Origin: Ignavibacteriota bacterium
Lineage (GTDB): Bacteria; Bacteroidota; Ignavibacteria; UBA10030; CAVZMI01
Assembly (NCBI GenBank): GCA_963776275.1
Contig: CAVZMI010000012.1
Span: 9,836 to 73,835, forward strand
Direction of reading: 5' to 3'
DNA length: 64,000 bases
Shown here piece after piece: positions 1 to 12,551 of this stretch. The position numbers and the translations under genes were made by a program. How positions within the stretch are numbered: the stretch's first letter is position 1; every line of letters starts with the position of its first letter. Under the pieces are notes generated by a model. That model was given only the letters and a program-made list of their open reading frames with translations, had not been told where the DNA came from and searched no databases.

Positions 1-243
1 GCAAAAAGCGTTTCGGGCATTGCCAATGGCGTGGATGATATCAGCTCGTCATGGATTACAAGCTTTCGAAGCACACCGACTGGCGGGACTGTTGTGAATG
101 GATTCTCGGTCTATCGGGCCCGGATTCCACGGATAGTGAGTCTGTTTGGAGAGCAGGCGGTGTTGAGAAAGGTAACGGTTCAAAAAATCCGGGAAAAAAT
201 TGTATACGAATTTGAGATCGAAGTTCCAAAGCCGGCTAAATAA
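1..243 (+). CDS. 3' end of PilN-like type IV pilus assembly protein (partial)
   Basis: ORF tail SSWITSFRST...VVNGFSVYRARIP...YEFEIE upstream of pilO- and pilQ-like genes; call is mainly positional. Confidence 0.5.
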   Translation, partial: AKSVSGIANGVDDISSSWITSFRSTPTGGTVVNGFSVYRARIPRIVSLFGEQAVLRKVTVQKIREKIVYEFEIEVPKPAK

Positions 244-275
244 CAAAGCCAACTCATTTTAGAAGGAGTCCAGCG

Positions 276-1166
276 TTGTCATACGCACTGCGGAACACAT
301 TAGTGTTAGGCGTGATGTTGCTTATCATTCTGGCTGTTGGAATATACTTTATCGGGGTTCCATTATCCCCGGCAGGCATACGGCAATCAGAAAAAGTATG
401 AAACAGCTGGATGTTCAGCTTCAAAACACACCTGATCTCGTCAATCGGTATAATGAAGCATCACTTCAACTGAATGACATGGAAAAACGTTGGAGCGGTC
501 GGAGTAAGGATATTCCGACATACGATGCAACTTCTCAAACATACGCCTATCTCAATCGAATCATGGATTTGAGCGGTTTTGTAAAAATGGACATGGTATA
601 TACAGGCGTTCAAAACAAAACAAACTATGGATTTAATATCTATGGCTTGAAAGGTGAAGGATCGTTTGAAAATCTTTACCGATTCCTCTGGTATATCGAG
701 AATGGCCGGCGGCTGTATAAGATCAATGCGATTACGCTGAAAGGAAATCCGGTAAAGGAAAAGGAAAATGAAGCGGCAACGACGGTCGTGGTCTTTGAAA
801 TTGAACTTTATGCTTATTTTCACATCATTGCCCGAATTAGCATCGTCCATCGGCTGGCGCGATACGATCGCGACTCCTCCCTCAGGGAATCCATTCCTGG
901 CGGCAATCGCGGCAGACCTCCCGCCCAATACGCGGGGTTTGATAGAAGTCGAGCGATCTGATTTGAAAGCTGTTATTCCGGGGAAAGCGTTTGTTCTTGA
1001 TCAGGCTGGTGTCATGCGGTCACTAACTGAAGGGGATGAAGTCTACTTGGGATATGTCTCACGGATTCTCCCCGAGCAAGGGAAAGTCGAATTCACACTG
1101 AATAAGGCAGGTATCGTAGAACAGTTTGAACTTCGTATTCGTTTTGAATCATCCACAACGAAATGA
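276..1166 (+). CDS. PilO-like pilus assembly protein (frameshifted, ORFs 398-961 and 768-1166)
   Basis: TTG start after AGAAGGAG, N-terminal TM helix, motif LKGEGSFENLYRFLWYIENGRRLYKI; frames join near 365 and 820. Confidence 0.6.
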
Positions 1167-1175
1167 GGATACAAA

Positions 1176-2371
1176 ATGAGAACAATTTTGGTTTTGTGCG
1201 TTTTTACTGTAGTGTTCTGGAGCTGGATTCACAGCCCTCGCACAATCACCGACAGAGATGCAGCGTATTTCGAAAGGATATATCTCACCCGATGAGATCG
1301 TGACGATATCGCGTACCATGCCGTTCGATAAAGCGCTTGCCGTGATCTCGGAGGTCAGTAAGAAATTTGCTGGGGAAAATTATAATTGATCCTGAAAAGC
1401 GAACAACCGCCATCGGTGTGGATATCACAGGAATGTACTGGAAAGAAGCATTGGAGTTGATACTCCGGACAAATTCGATCTGGTATGATGAAGCAGCCGA
1501 CTATATCCGCATTCTCTCGACACCAAAGGGGGGAGCGGTAAATGGGGGAAGAAATTCCGACTCTGCGAACTCGTGAAGTCAGTATCTCCGCTGTATTTTT
1601 TGAACTCGATGTTGAAAAACTAAATGAATCGGGTATCAATTGGAGCATTCTACAGGGGGAAAACGTAAACGTCGGCGGTACAATGACAACGAACGACCGG
1701 CTCTCACAACAAGAGGTCTTTGAGATTACAATCGAACCAAAATCTGAAAAGCTCGCGCTCGATCTTAATGCCGCCATTCGATTTTTCGAACAGAATCAAA
1801 CAGGGGAAGTGATTGCCCGTCCGCAAATCGTTGTTCGTTCAGGCCAGGTCGGAAGAATGCAGATTGGAACTGAATTTGGTGTATATCAGAGAGACTTTGC
1901 AGGCAATTTAACGACTCAATTTTTCTCGGCTGGAACGATCATTGAAGTAACCCCGACAATTATTAATCAACAAGGGAATTGATTTCGTCAGCATGGCGAT
2001 CGATGTCCAGACGGAGTGCACTCACATCTATCAGTCCGCCGGTTCTTGATAAAACACAGGCAAAAACCAAAGTTCTTCTTCTCGATGGCGAGGAGACCGT
2101 CATCGGAGGATTATATAATAACGAAGAATCGACGATCCGACTCGGAATTCCGATCTTGAAAGATCTCCCATGGTGGGTGTTCGGCTTGCGGTATCTCTTC
2201 GGGTATGATCGCGTTCTAACAACACGAAAAGAACTCGTCATGATCATCAGTGCTGAACTCGTACCGTCACTTCAGGATCGCGTAACGACAAAAGGAACAA
2301 ATGAAAATTTGATCCAGGAAACACTCAAGGGATACCGGCAGGATGCTAAGAATAAAAAACGCGACCAGTAA
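1176..2371 (+). CDS. pilQ: Type II/IV secretin (PilQ-like), frameshifted
   Basis: Secretin motifs ARPQIVVRSGQ, TKVLLLDGEETVIGGLY, GIPILKDLP...LF, RKELVMII split over ORFs 1367-1576, 1542-1982, 1979-2371. Confidence 0.75.
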
Positions 2372-2410
2372 GTTAAGCATAGGGTGTGAATTATTAAAAG
2401 GAACTTTGCC

Positions 2411-5400
2411 ATGAAAAAGCAGTTCTTTGTTGTTCTATTTCTTGCATTCACAATGTTGTATTTCTTCGGTTGTGAAAAGAAAACCACGCCAACTGAAACC
2501 ACCACGGGACTGAAAGAGAATGAGTTTATCATCACCGGAAAAGTAACACGCTCCGATACAAAAGGAGCCCGTTTCTGATGCGATTGTCTCATTTTATGTC
2601 GAAAATCCGGTTGCGACACGCACGGATACCGCCGGCTATTATGGTTTTAGTATCACGACAACAGTTGTCTACACAGCGAAGATAGTTGCTTCAAAAGAAG
2701 GCGTCGGGACATCGGATACATTGGAGGTTACCGTATATCCCCAACGGCAAATCAGCCAGGATATCACCATTAAAACTACTACCGTACCGGTCAGGAAATC
2801 CGGACCGCAGCAAGCATTGTGTTGCTTTCTACATCAGCGGATAATATCAGCGTCAAAGGAACCGGGTCAAATGAGTCATCACAGCTAGCATTCGAAGTGC
2901 GCGACTCGAGCGCAGTACCGGTTGATCCGGCTCATAAGGTGACGGTCACTTTTGCCATTCAGGGCGGACCCAATGGCGGCGAGTTTGTCTCCCCGCATAG
3001 TCAAGACACTGACAGCTCTGGTCAGGTTAAGGTAACACTCGGTTCGGGAACGAAGCCGGGGGTATTGCAACTGGTCGCCCAGGCGATCGTTGGATCACGG
3101 CAGATTCAATCATCGCCGGTATCGGTCTCGATCGTTGGTGGACTTCCCGATTCGGCGCATTTTACATTATCGTCGAATGTACTAACAAATCTTGTCTGGC
3201 CTTCAACAGGCGATCCTATCGGCCAGATCAATGCTCAGGTTGGTGATAAATTTGGAAATCCTGCCAGACTCGGTACACCTGTCTATTTCTCTGCGAGTGC
3301 AGGAGTTATCGAAGGAACGGCAAAAACTGATGACAAAGGAAAAGTGTCCGTGACGTGGTCGGGTGGGAATCCGACACCTTTATCGGACGGTCGGGCGTAT
3401 GTAACAGCCAGCACGATTGGAGAAAAAGGCGTTATTATTATAGATACATTACGGTTTGAGTTTGGAAAGATCGTATTACCACACCGTCCGGGTGCTGCGA
3501 GCATAAGTCTTGTTTCTATAAGTCGACAACAATTAAGCGTTCGTGGAGCCGGGACAAATGAATCGGCCGATATAATTTTTGAAATCCGTGATTCAACCGG
3601 TGTTCCGGTTGGTCTCAGTAATCAAGTGACAGTGAATTTTTCTATTCAGGGTTCCTTGAATGGCGGTGAGTTCCTTACACCGGTATCGGCAGCGACTGAC
3701 ACCGCCGGGAGAGTTAAAACAATAATCAATGCAGGTACGAAAGCCGGTGTCATTCAAATCAGCGCTCTGGTGCAGGTAGGTACGGCAGTCATTCGTTCGT
3801 CACAGGTCACGGTAACAATCTCCGGCGGAGCGCCCGATCGGTATCACTTCTCGATGACTTCAAATGTTATATCGAATATCGATTGGCCGCAGGCGGGAAC
3901 AGTAATCGGTACGATCAAGGTACAGATCGGCGACATATACAGTAATCCGGTTCAGCAAAATACATCGGTTTATTTTTCAACAACAGCAGGGATTATTCAG
4001 AGTACCGGTTATACCGATGAGACTGGAATTGTGAATGTAAAATGGTATTCTGGAAACCCACCACCACAGAATAATGGCTTGGCAATTGTGAAAGCGGCGG
4101 TTGTCGGTGAGAACGGCGTGGCAATTACTGATTCTCTGATGTTTGTGTTCACCGGATCGGCCCGTAAATCCGAACCAGCGACCAGCATCGTGCTGATTTC
4201 GACCTCTGAGAACAATATCAGCGTGAAAGGAACAGGTGCAAACGAATCTTCCCAGCTGATATTCGAGGTACGCGACTCGAGCGGAGTTCCGGTTAATATA
4301 GAGAATAAAACCACCGTCACGTTCAGCATCCAGGGTGGTCCGAATGGAGGCGAATTCGTTTCCCCGCACAGCAAGGATACCGACAGCTCCGGTCAGGTCA
4401 AAGTGACCCTTGGAGCCGGAACCAAACCGGGAGTGTTACAGGTAATCGCAGAGGCGATCGTCGGAGCGCGTCAGATCAAATCCTCCCCGGTCTCGGTATC
4501 GATCGTCGGTGGATTACCCGATGCAGCGCACTTTACACTGTCGTCGGATATCCCGGTGAATATTGCATGGCCGCAGACGGGAACAGTAATCGGTACGATC
4601 AATGTTCAGGTCGGTGATAAATTTGGAAATCCGGCTAGACCCGGTACACCTGTCTATTTCTCTGCGAGTGCAGGAGTTATCGAAGGAACGGCAAAAACTG
4701 ATGACAAAGGAAAAGTGTCCGTGACGTGGTCGGGTGGAAATCCTCCTCCGTCCGAAGATGGTCAGGCATATATCACGGCGAATACGATCGGCGAGAACGG
4801 CATTCAGATTTCAGATATACTTCATTTTGAATTCGGAAAAATCATAGTGCCGCATCGTCCGGGTGCTGCGAGCATAAGTCTTATTTCTGTTAGTCGACAG
4901 CAATTAAGCGTACGTGGAGCCGGAACGAATGAATCGGCAGATATTATTTTTGAGATCCGGGATTCGGTCGGCGTCCCGGTTGGTCTCAGTAATAAAGTTA
5001 CAGTGAATTTTTCAATTCAGGGCGGTTTGAATGGAGGCGAATATCTTACGCCTGTGTCGGCAGAAACTGATACTTCCGGACGGGTTAAGACAACGGTCAA
5101 TACAGGCTTCAAGGCGGGTGTCATTCAGATAAGCGCAATCGTGCAGGTAGGAACTGCTACGATCCATTCCTCTCAGGTGACCCTGACAATCTCAGGTGGT
5201 CCCCCTGACCAGGATCATTTTGCGTTAACATCGGATATTAAGTCGAATATAGATTGGCCGAAAGCGGGCACGGTACTCGGACAAGTAAAAGTCCAAGTAG
5301 GTGATAAGTTTGGGAACCCGGTTCAAGTAGGGACGGCAGTGTTTTTCTCAGCATCTTGTGGTATTATTCAGGGTGCTGGATATACCGATGCGAGCGGCTT

Positions 5401-6631
5401 TGTCTCCGTTTCATGGAACGCAGGAAACCCAACTCCGAAATCGGATGGAAGTGCATTTATTACGGCCGAAACAATCGGTGAGAATGGAATAACTATCACG
5501 GATACACTTCAATTCATCTTTACAGGCCCATCTATAACGGGCGGGAATGCGAGATATATAAAATTTATTTCAGCTACCACAACATTGCTATCCGTCGATC
5601 AAGCGGCCGGTCCACAGAGCACCGATGTAATCTTCGAAGTCGATGATTCCTTAGGGATGCCTGTCAATAAGAATCATCAGGTAACAGTATCATTCTCATT
5701 TTCGTATGCCCCACCAGGTACGATGATGACTCAACCGACATGCCTTACCGACCCTCAAAATGGACGCGTTCGAACGATAGTAGTTGCAGGAACGGTTGCC
5801 GGTCCTCTCCAGATAAAGGCATCGCTCACAACTGCGGAGGGGGCAACAATTACATCAACACCAGTGAAAATTGATATTTCAGGCGGATTACCCGATTTCG
5901 ATCATTTTACTGTTGCTACTGAGAGGGTGAATTCTCCGGCATGGTGGTGGAAGGGATATGTAACTAAGACCGATGCTCTGGTCGGAGATAAGTATAGTAA
6001 TCCAGTCCAACCGGGTACTGCTGTCTATTTCTCCACTACATGTGGTGTTATTGATAATAATACTGCGTTCACAGATAAGTATGGAGATGCGACGGTTAGT
6101 CAGATCAGTGGCATCCCATTTCCACCTCTGGGACAGGCAACAATTACAGCCACAACAGTAGGTGAAAATGGGGTTCAGATACAAAGAACAATTTCACTAT
6201 TGATCACGGGACATGCGCATATTGCGAATGTTATGGTGTCTCCTAATGGACGTTCCAACTTCACTCCATTTACTATTGATAGTCTCTTTCATGTCCCGGT
6301 TGGTGGAAGAATTTATGTTTCATTCGATGTATTCGACGAGAATGAGAATGTACTGTCTGCAGGAACAACTATAACTGCGGAGATTGGTTTTACACCTCCA
6401 CCCTTGACATCATATATCGTTAAGGTCTCTGGATTACCACGAGATCCTCTAGGAGATACTCAACAGAAAGGGCCAGGGCTGACACATTTCCTTATTTCGA
6501 TTATAGATGGAACTATCGGTGGTACAAACTCTAAGTGGTCTGGGTACATCACGATTGCCGTGAAGGCTCCCTATGCAAGCGGTATTTCTTCGACAGATTA
6601 CTACACTCTTAATGGTGAGCTCGGCCCGTGA
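2411..6631 (+). CDS. Large lipoprotein with tandem bacterial Ig-like (Big_1/invasin-like) repeats; N-terminal part frameshifted
   Basis: MKKQFFVVLFLAFTMLYFFGC lipobox at 2411; 1270-aa ORF with repeated FEVRDSSGVPV..VTF, TDxxGxVKVTL, VGDKFGNP motifs. Confidence 0.75.
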
Positions 6632-6673
6632 TAGCTCGATTTCTCGATAATTACTTTAACGGACACGGTACCT

Positions 6674-7180
6674 ATGGAAACAGCGCGAGAATCTATAAAA
6701 GAACAAACCAGCGTCTTGCTCGTCGATGACGAGGAAGCCCTCCGATCGACCCTTGCGGGTGAGCTTACGAACGAGGGATTCAGAGTGAAGGAGGCTGCCG
6801 ATGGCGATATCGCGATCGACATGGTTAAAAAAGAGAATTTTGATGTCGTCTTGCTCGATATCAAAATGCCTCATGTGGACGGTTTCGAGGTGCTCAAATT
6901 TGTAAAGATGCACCACCCCGAAACGAAGGTCATCATGCTGACCGCGTTCGGTGACATGCAAAATGCGATCCAATCGCTGAAACTCGGCGCAAGCGACTTT
7001 GCAAGCAAACCGTACGATTTCCACGATTTGCTTGCGACAATATCTACGAGCGCTGGCAAAATAAAAGTAAATCAGATTGTTAAAATTACAACGCCATCCC
7101 GATCAATCGAGATGGCGTTCGTATTATGTACAGCGGCCCGTAATTTGTGTACACCTGCTTTGTTACTCAAGCGATTTTGA
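6674..7180 (+). CDS. Single-domain response regulator (true stop probably near 7063)
   Basis: VLLVDDE, LLDIKMP, MLTAFG, FASKPYD receiver motifs. Confidence 0.85.
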   Translation: METARESIKEQTSVLLVDDEEALRSTLAGELTNEGFRVKEAADGDIAIDMVKKENFDVVLLDIKMPHVDGFEVLKFVKMHHPETKVIMLTAFGDMQNAIQSLKLGASDFASKPYDFHDLLATISTSAGKIKVNQIVKITTPSRSIEMAFVLCTAARNLCTPALLLKRF

Positions 7181-8443
7181 TGCAGCCTGTATCGTTTTTT
7201 CAATATCCTCTTCTGTGTGTGCGGCTGAAATAAAAGCAGCTTCAAATTGAGAAGGCGCGAGATAGATACCCTGCTCGAGCATTGCATTGAAGAATGATGA
7301 AAATTTCTTCGCATCCGATGTCTTTGCCGATTCGTAATCGACTACTTCATTCGATGTGAAAAATATCGTGAACATTGAGCCAACCCGGTTAAATCTGATC
7401 GGAAGTTCCAGGTTGTCAATAATATGTTGAATTCCTTTACCGAGCGCACAAGACGGTTCTCTAATTGTTGGTAGATCGACGGATCATTCTCGAGTAACGA
7501 AAGCATCGCGTTCCCTGCGGTCATTGCGAGCGGATTGCCCGAAAGCGTTCCCGCCTGATACATCGGGACCGGCAGGTGCAACCATCTGCATAATTTCTGA
7601 TTTTCCGCCATATGCACCGACTGGAAGACCACCGCCAATAATTTTTCCAAGCGTTACAAGGTCTCCATATACGCCGTAAAGTTCTTCGGCTCCACCGAGG
7701 GCGACACGAAATCCGGTCATGACTTCATCGATGATGAATACAATCCCATATCGTGTGCAAATGTTCCTTAGCCCCTGCAGGAAACCCCGGCGCGGGGGAA
7801 CACATCCCATATTCCCTGACAACGGTTCTATAATGACGGCGGCGATTTGATCGTGATTTTGCTGAATGAGTGTTTCTACCGATGCGAGATCATTATATCG
7901 CGCCGTCAATGTACCTGATGCTATTGCAATCGGAACTCCGGGGCTGTCGGGAACACCGAGTGTCATCGCTCCGGAACCCGCCCGAATCAGGAACGAATCT
8001 CCGTGTCCATGATAACATCCCTCGAACTTGACGATTTTATCACGTCCGGTATAGGCACGGGCAAGACGAATCGCGCTCATCGTCGCTTCGGTGCCCGAAT
8101 TTACCATTCGAACCATCTCCACCCACGGCATGCATGTGGTTATTCGTTCGGCAAGCTGTATCTCGAGTTCCGTTGGCGCACCAAAACTGGTCCCTAGCTC
8201 TGCTGCACGTTTTACTGCATCGATGATGGTGGGATGAGCATGACCGAGAATCATTGGCCCCCATGAACAGACGTAGTCGATGTATTCATTTCCGTCGACA
8301 TCCCAGATTTTCGATCCGCGGGCTTTTTGGATGAAGAGAGGATTGCGTCCGACCGATTTGAAGGCCCGCACCGGAGAATTCACGCCGCCCGGAATAAGAT
8401 CCTGTGCCCGGTTAAATAATGCATCAGATGTCTGTGTTTTCAT
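7163..8443 (-). CDS. hemL: Glutamate-1-semialdehyde 2,1-aminomutase (frameshifted)
   Basis: [61 protein letters not shown]. Confidence 0.95.
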
Positions 8444-8454
8444 TCCGCTTCAGA

Positions 8455-9447
8455 TTATTTCTTGAGTATTCGGGATGCATCTTTTGCAAAGTATGTCAGT
8501 ATCAGATCTGCTCCGGCCCGTTTGATTGCGGTCAGCACTTCCATCATTACACGTTCTTCATCAATCCAGCCGAGCTTAGCTGCAGCTTTGATCATTGAAT
8601 ATTCGCCGCTGACATTGTAGGCGGCTGTGGGCATCCGAAATTCATCTTTGACACGGCGGATGATGTCGAGATAAGAAAGCGCGGGTTTCACCATAACGAT
8701 ATCGGCTCCTTCCCGAATGTCGAGTGCAACTTCACGGATTGCCTCATCGCTGTTAGCCGGATCCATCTGGTGCGACCGCCTATCGCCGAATTTCGGGGTG
8801 CTCTCGGCGGCTTCGCGAAACGGTCCGTAAAAACCCGATGCGTATTTTGCCGAATACGCCATAATCGGTAGGTTGAGGAATCCATTCTCGTCGAGGATTT
8901 TCCTGATCGCGGCCACCCGTCCGTCCATCATATCCGATGGGGCAACCATATCGGCGCCGGCCTGGACGTGACTGAGCGATTGCTTTGCAAGAAGAGATAG
9001 GGTTTCATCGTTAACAATTTCGTCACCGCGGACAATACCGCAGTGTCCATGCGAAGTATATTCGCAGAGGCAGACATCGGTAATGATATACATATCAGGA
9101 ACATCGTGTTTGATTGCTCGGATGGCTTGTTGGATGATGCCGCGGTCATCATAGGCTTCCGATCCCACCTCATCCTTTTTTTCCGGGATACCAAAGAGGA
9201 TAACGGCAGGGATTCCGAGAGATTGAACCTCGGCGCATTCGCGTACGATTGTATCGACCGACATCTGATAGACACCGGGCATTGAGCCGACTTCTCTTTT
9301 TACCTTTGTTCCCGGGCAGACGAATAGGGGATAGATAAAATCTGAAGGAGAGATTTCGGTCTCGCGTATCATCGTACGGATTACCGGGGACATGCGCAAG
9401 CGGCGTAGTCGCGTTGTTGGATATCCGGTGTGAAATCCAGTTTTCAT
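8455..9447 (-). CDS. hemB: Porphobilinogen synthase
   Basis: [39 protein letters not shown]. Confidence 0.97.
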   Translation of the reverse strand: MKTGFHTGYPTTRLRRLRMSPVIRTMIRETEISPSDFIYPLFVCPGTKVKREVGSMPGVYQMSVDTIVRECAEVQSLGIPAVILFGIPEKKDEVGSEAYDDRGIIQQAIRAIKHDVPDMYIITDVCLCEYTSHGHCGIVRGDEIVNDETLSLLAKQSLSHVQAGADMVAPSDMMDGRVAAIRKILDENGFLNLPIMAYSAKYASGFYGPFREAAESTPKFGDRRSHQMDPANSDEAIREVALDIREGADIVMVKPALSYLDIIRRVKDEFRMPTAAYNVSGEYSMIKAAAKLGWIDEERVMMEVLTAIKRAGADLILTYFAKDASRILKK

Positions 9448-9553
9448 CGGAATCATTCCTTTTAAAAGACCAACATCATGAACCACCGCTGAATATCAGG
9501 GCATTGCAGCTTACAGCATAATTAATAGTGATGCAATCAGCACTTGAATTTTT

Positions 9554-10843
9554 CTACCCCCGTTTTTGTATAGGGATATACTCGCGTTTGTCTATTCCGA
9601 GATAGAGCTGACGCGGACGCGCAATTTTTTGCTCAGGATCATGCAGCATTTCAAGCCACTGGGCGACCCATCCCGATGTACGGCTGATTGCAAACAGCAC
9701 TGTGAACATCGATGCCGGCAATCCCATCGACTGATAAATCAGGCCTGAGTAGAAGTCAATATTGGGGTAGAGTTTTCGTTTGATGAAGTAATCGTCTTCG
9801 AGGCCGATCCGTTCCAGCTCGAGTGCAATGTCGAGCAATGGATTTTTTCCCGTTACTTCAAAAACTTCATAAGCAAGTTTTTTAATTATTTTCGCGCGCG
9901 GATCGTAATTCTTATATACCCGATGGCCGAAGCCCATCAGTTTTCCTTTTCCCTCTTTCACTTCTTTAATAAAAGCGGGTACTTTTTCTTTCGAGCCGAT
10001 TCCATTGAGCATTTTGATCACTTCTTCATTGGCGCCACCGTGGACAGGTCCGGAGAGGGCTGCGGTTGCAGATGCGATCGCAGAGTACGGATCGACACGC
10101 GAGCTTCCGATATTGCGCATTGCATTCGTGCTGCAATTCTGTTCGTGGTCAGCATGCAAAATGAAAAGGGTATCGAGTACTTTTACAAGAACTGGATTTG
10201 GTTCATATTTAAGTTCCGTCATCCTGAAAAGCATGTTCAGGAAATTCTCAATATAATTAAGATCGTCATCAGGATATGAATAATGGAATCCGCGTAAGTG
10301 CCGATAAGCGAACGCGGAGACAGTCGGAACCTTTGCAATGAGGCGATGTGTGGAGAGTCTGAGAACTTCGGGATCGTTAATATTTTTCGCGTCGGGGTAA
10401 AACGTCGAAAGAGCAGCAAGTGTGCTGATAAGCATTCCCATCGGGTGAGCATCGTAGTGGAAACCGTCAAGGAATTTCTTCACATTCTCGTTCATGAGCG
10501 TATGATGTTTGATGTTCTTAGCCCATTCATCCAGCTGTGACGCTGTTGGAAGCTCTCCGTAGATGAGTAGGTATGCAGTTTCAAGATATGTGCTTTTCTC
10601 TGCAAGTTGCTCAATTGGATAACCGCGATAACGAAGTATCCCTTTTTCCCCATCGATGAATGTGATGCTGCTCTTGCAGGCAGCCGTATTCATGAACGCA
10701 GGGTCATATACCAACAGTCCAAAATCGTCTTCAGAGATCTTGATCTGGCGGAGATCGATTGCACGGATGGCTCCATCCTGGACTGGAATCTCATATTGCT
10801 TCCCGTTTCGATTGTCAATAATCTTTAGTGTATCTGCGCTCAT
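9554..10843 (-). CDS. gltA: Citrate synthase
   Basis: LRYRGYPIEQLA, LHADHEQNCST, GPVHGGANE, MGFGHRVYKNYDPR, YPNIDFYSG. Confidence 0.97.
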   Translation of the reverse strand: MSADTLKIIDNRNGKQYEIPVQDGAIRAIDLRQIKISEDDFGLLVYDPAFMNTAACKSSITFIDGEKGILRYRGYPIEQLAEKSTYLETAYLLIYGELPTASQLDEWAKNIKHHTLMNENVKKFLDGFHYDAHPMGMLISTLAALSTFYPDAKNINDPEVLRLSTHRLIAKVPTVSAFAYRHLRGFHYSYPDDDLNYIENFLNMLFRMTELKYEPNPVLVKVLDTLFILHADHEQNCSTNAMRNIGSSRVDPYSAIASATAALSGPVHGGANEEVIKMLNGIGSKEKVPAFIKEVKEGKGKLMGFGHRVYKNYDPRAKIIKKLAYEVFEVTGKNPLLDIALELERIGLEDDYFIKRKLYPNIDFYSGLIYQSMGLPASMFTVLFAISRTSGWVAQWLEMLHDPEQKIARPRQLYLGIDKREYIPIQKRG

Positions 10844-10924
10844 GAAAAATTTCCTTTCCAAAATTATTCAGACTGGAATTTATTGTTCAAAAAAGAATAG
10901 AATACGCGCCGGTCGTTTCTCCTC

Positions 10925-12451
10925 TTAGAATGCAGATTGTGCATACTTGCTCAATTCTATTGCAGAAGCCTGTTCCACGTCCGCATGAAGACTGTTTCCA
11001 TGGGCGTCCATTGTGACAATGGCGGCAAAATCCTTCACCGTCATATGCCACATGGCCTCGGGGATTCCGAATTCAAGGAAATCAACCCCTTCGACACTGG
11101 GAATGCACTCGGCATAATACTGTGCTGCACCTCCAATCGCATTCAGATAGACAGCTCCGTACTCTTTCATAGCCGCCAGGGTTTTCGCTCCCATTCCGCC
11201 TTTCCCGATCACTGCCCGAATGCCGAACTTACGAATCACATCAGCCTGATATGGTTCTTCACGGCTGCTGGTCGTCGGTCCCGCCGCCTTTATCGTCCAT
11301 TTTCCCGCTGCATCTTTGAGTGCGACCGGTCCGCAATGGTACAATGCAGCTCCGTGCAAATCAACCGGAGAATCGTGCTCTACGAGATACGAATGAAGTG
11401 CATCACGGCCAGTGTGGACAGCGCCGTTCAGAAGAATGATGTCGCCGACTTTGAGTGAGCGTACGGTCTCTTCTGTTAACGGCGTGGTGATCACGATTTC
11501 CCGTCCTGTCAGAGGAATCCCTTTTTGTCGTGCCATTATTTTAATCGGGGCTTCCTCGCGATAGAGCCAGCGTTTAATTGCACCGGTATGAACATCGAGT
11601 ACGACTCCGAGTCTCCGGAACGCCCAGCAATCATATACAATAGAGACGAAGAAACTTGCCGGAAGCCGATGAATCGACGCCACCTTACAGCCTATGATCG
11701 TCACTGAACCGCCAAATCCCATAGTCCCGATTCCGAGCTTGTTGGCCTCAGTCATCACGTAATCTTCCAGCCTGGCCAGTTCAGGATCGGGATTAATATC
11801 GTCGAGCGTACGGAAGAGCTGCTGTTTTGCTATTTCGTAACCGGTGACACGGTCGCCTCCGATACTTGCGCCGATGACGCCGATACTGCATCCATGTCCT
11901 TGAGCCTGCCATACCGCATGCATAAGGCATTTCCGTATGCCGTCAAGATTACGGCCGGCCTTTCCAAGGTTCGGTAGTTCCGTCGGGAGTGAGTACTGGA
12001 TGCTTTTATTTTCGCAGCCACCGCCTTTCAAAAGAAGTTTTACTTCAATCTCGTTTTTATTTTCCCACTGGTCGAAATGAAATGTGGGTGTTCCGGGACC
12101 AAGATTATCTCCGCTGTTTTTTCCCGTGAGCGAATCGACGGCGTTTTGACGGAGTTTTCCCTGTGTTGTAGCCTCGGCGACCGCCTCTCGTGTCAGGCTC
12201 TTCATCTGGATGAAATTGGCACCAACGGGTGCCTGTATATAAAAAGTGGGCCAGCCGGTATCCTGACAAATAGGACTGATATTCTCACAGGCCATATCAA
12301 TATTTACGGCAATGGTTCCGAGCGCCATGGAAGAACGTGTATTGGGGATTTCCGAATCAATCGCCCTGGCGATGGCACGGCGGACATCAGCTGGTAAGTT
12401 CGTCGAAGTCTCGGTTATCAACTGCAGCATGCTGTCTTTGAAATGTTCCAT
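10925..12451 (-). CDS. Class I Fe-S fumarate hydratase (fused alpha/beta)
   Basis: ICQDTG, KGGGCENKS, TGRDA, GPTTSSRE, IGKGGM. Confidence 0.92.
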   Translation of the reverse strand: MEHFKDSMLQLITETSTNLPADVRRAIARAIDSEIPNTRSSMALGTIAVNIDMACENISPICQDTGWPTFYIQAPVGANFIQMKSLTREAVAEATTQGKLRQNAVDSLTGKNSGDNLGPGTPTFHFDQWENKNEIEVKLLLKGGGCENKSIQYSLPTELPNLGKAGRNLDGIRKCLMHAVWQAQGHGCSIGVIGASIGGDRVTGYEIAKQQLFRTLDDINPDPELARLEDYVMTEANKLGIGTMGFGGSVTIIGCKVASIHRLPASFFVSIVYDCWAFRRLGVVLDVHTGAIKRWLYREEAPIKIMARQKGIPLTGREIVITTPLTEETVRSLKVGDIILLNGAVHTGRDALHSYLVEHDSPVDLHGAALYHCGPVALKDAAGKWTIKAAGPTTSSREEPYQADVIRKFGIRAVIGKGGMGAKTLAAMKEYGAVYLNAIGGAAQYYAECIPSVEGVDFLEFGIPEAMWHMTVKDFAAIVTMDAHGNSLHADVEQASAIELSKYAQSAF

Positions 12452-12551
12452 TCGAACTTCCTATTTACGGAATCAATAACTAAATAATAAATATATATAA
12501 AAAATCTCTATCGAACAATAACTTTCTGCGCGACTATTCCCGGGGACGGAC

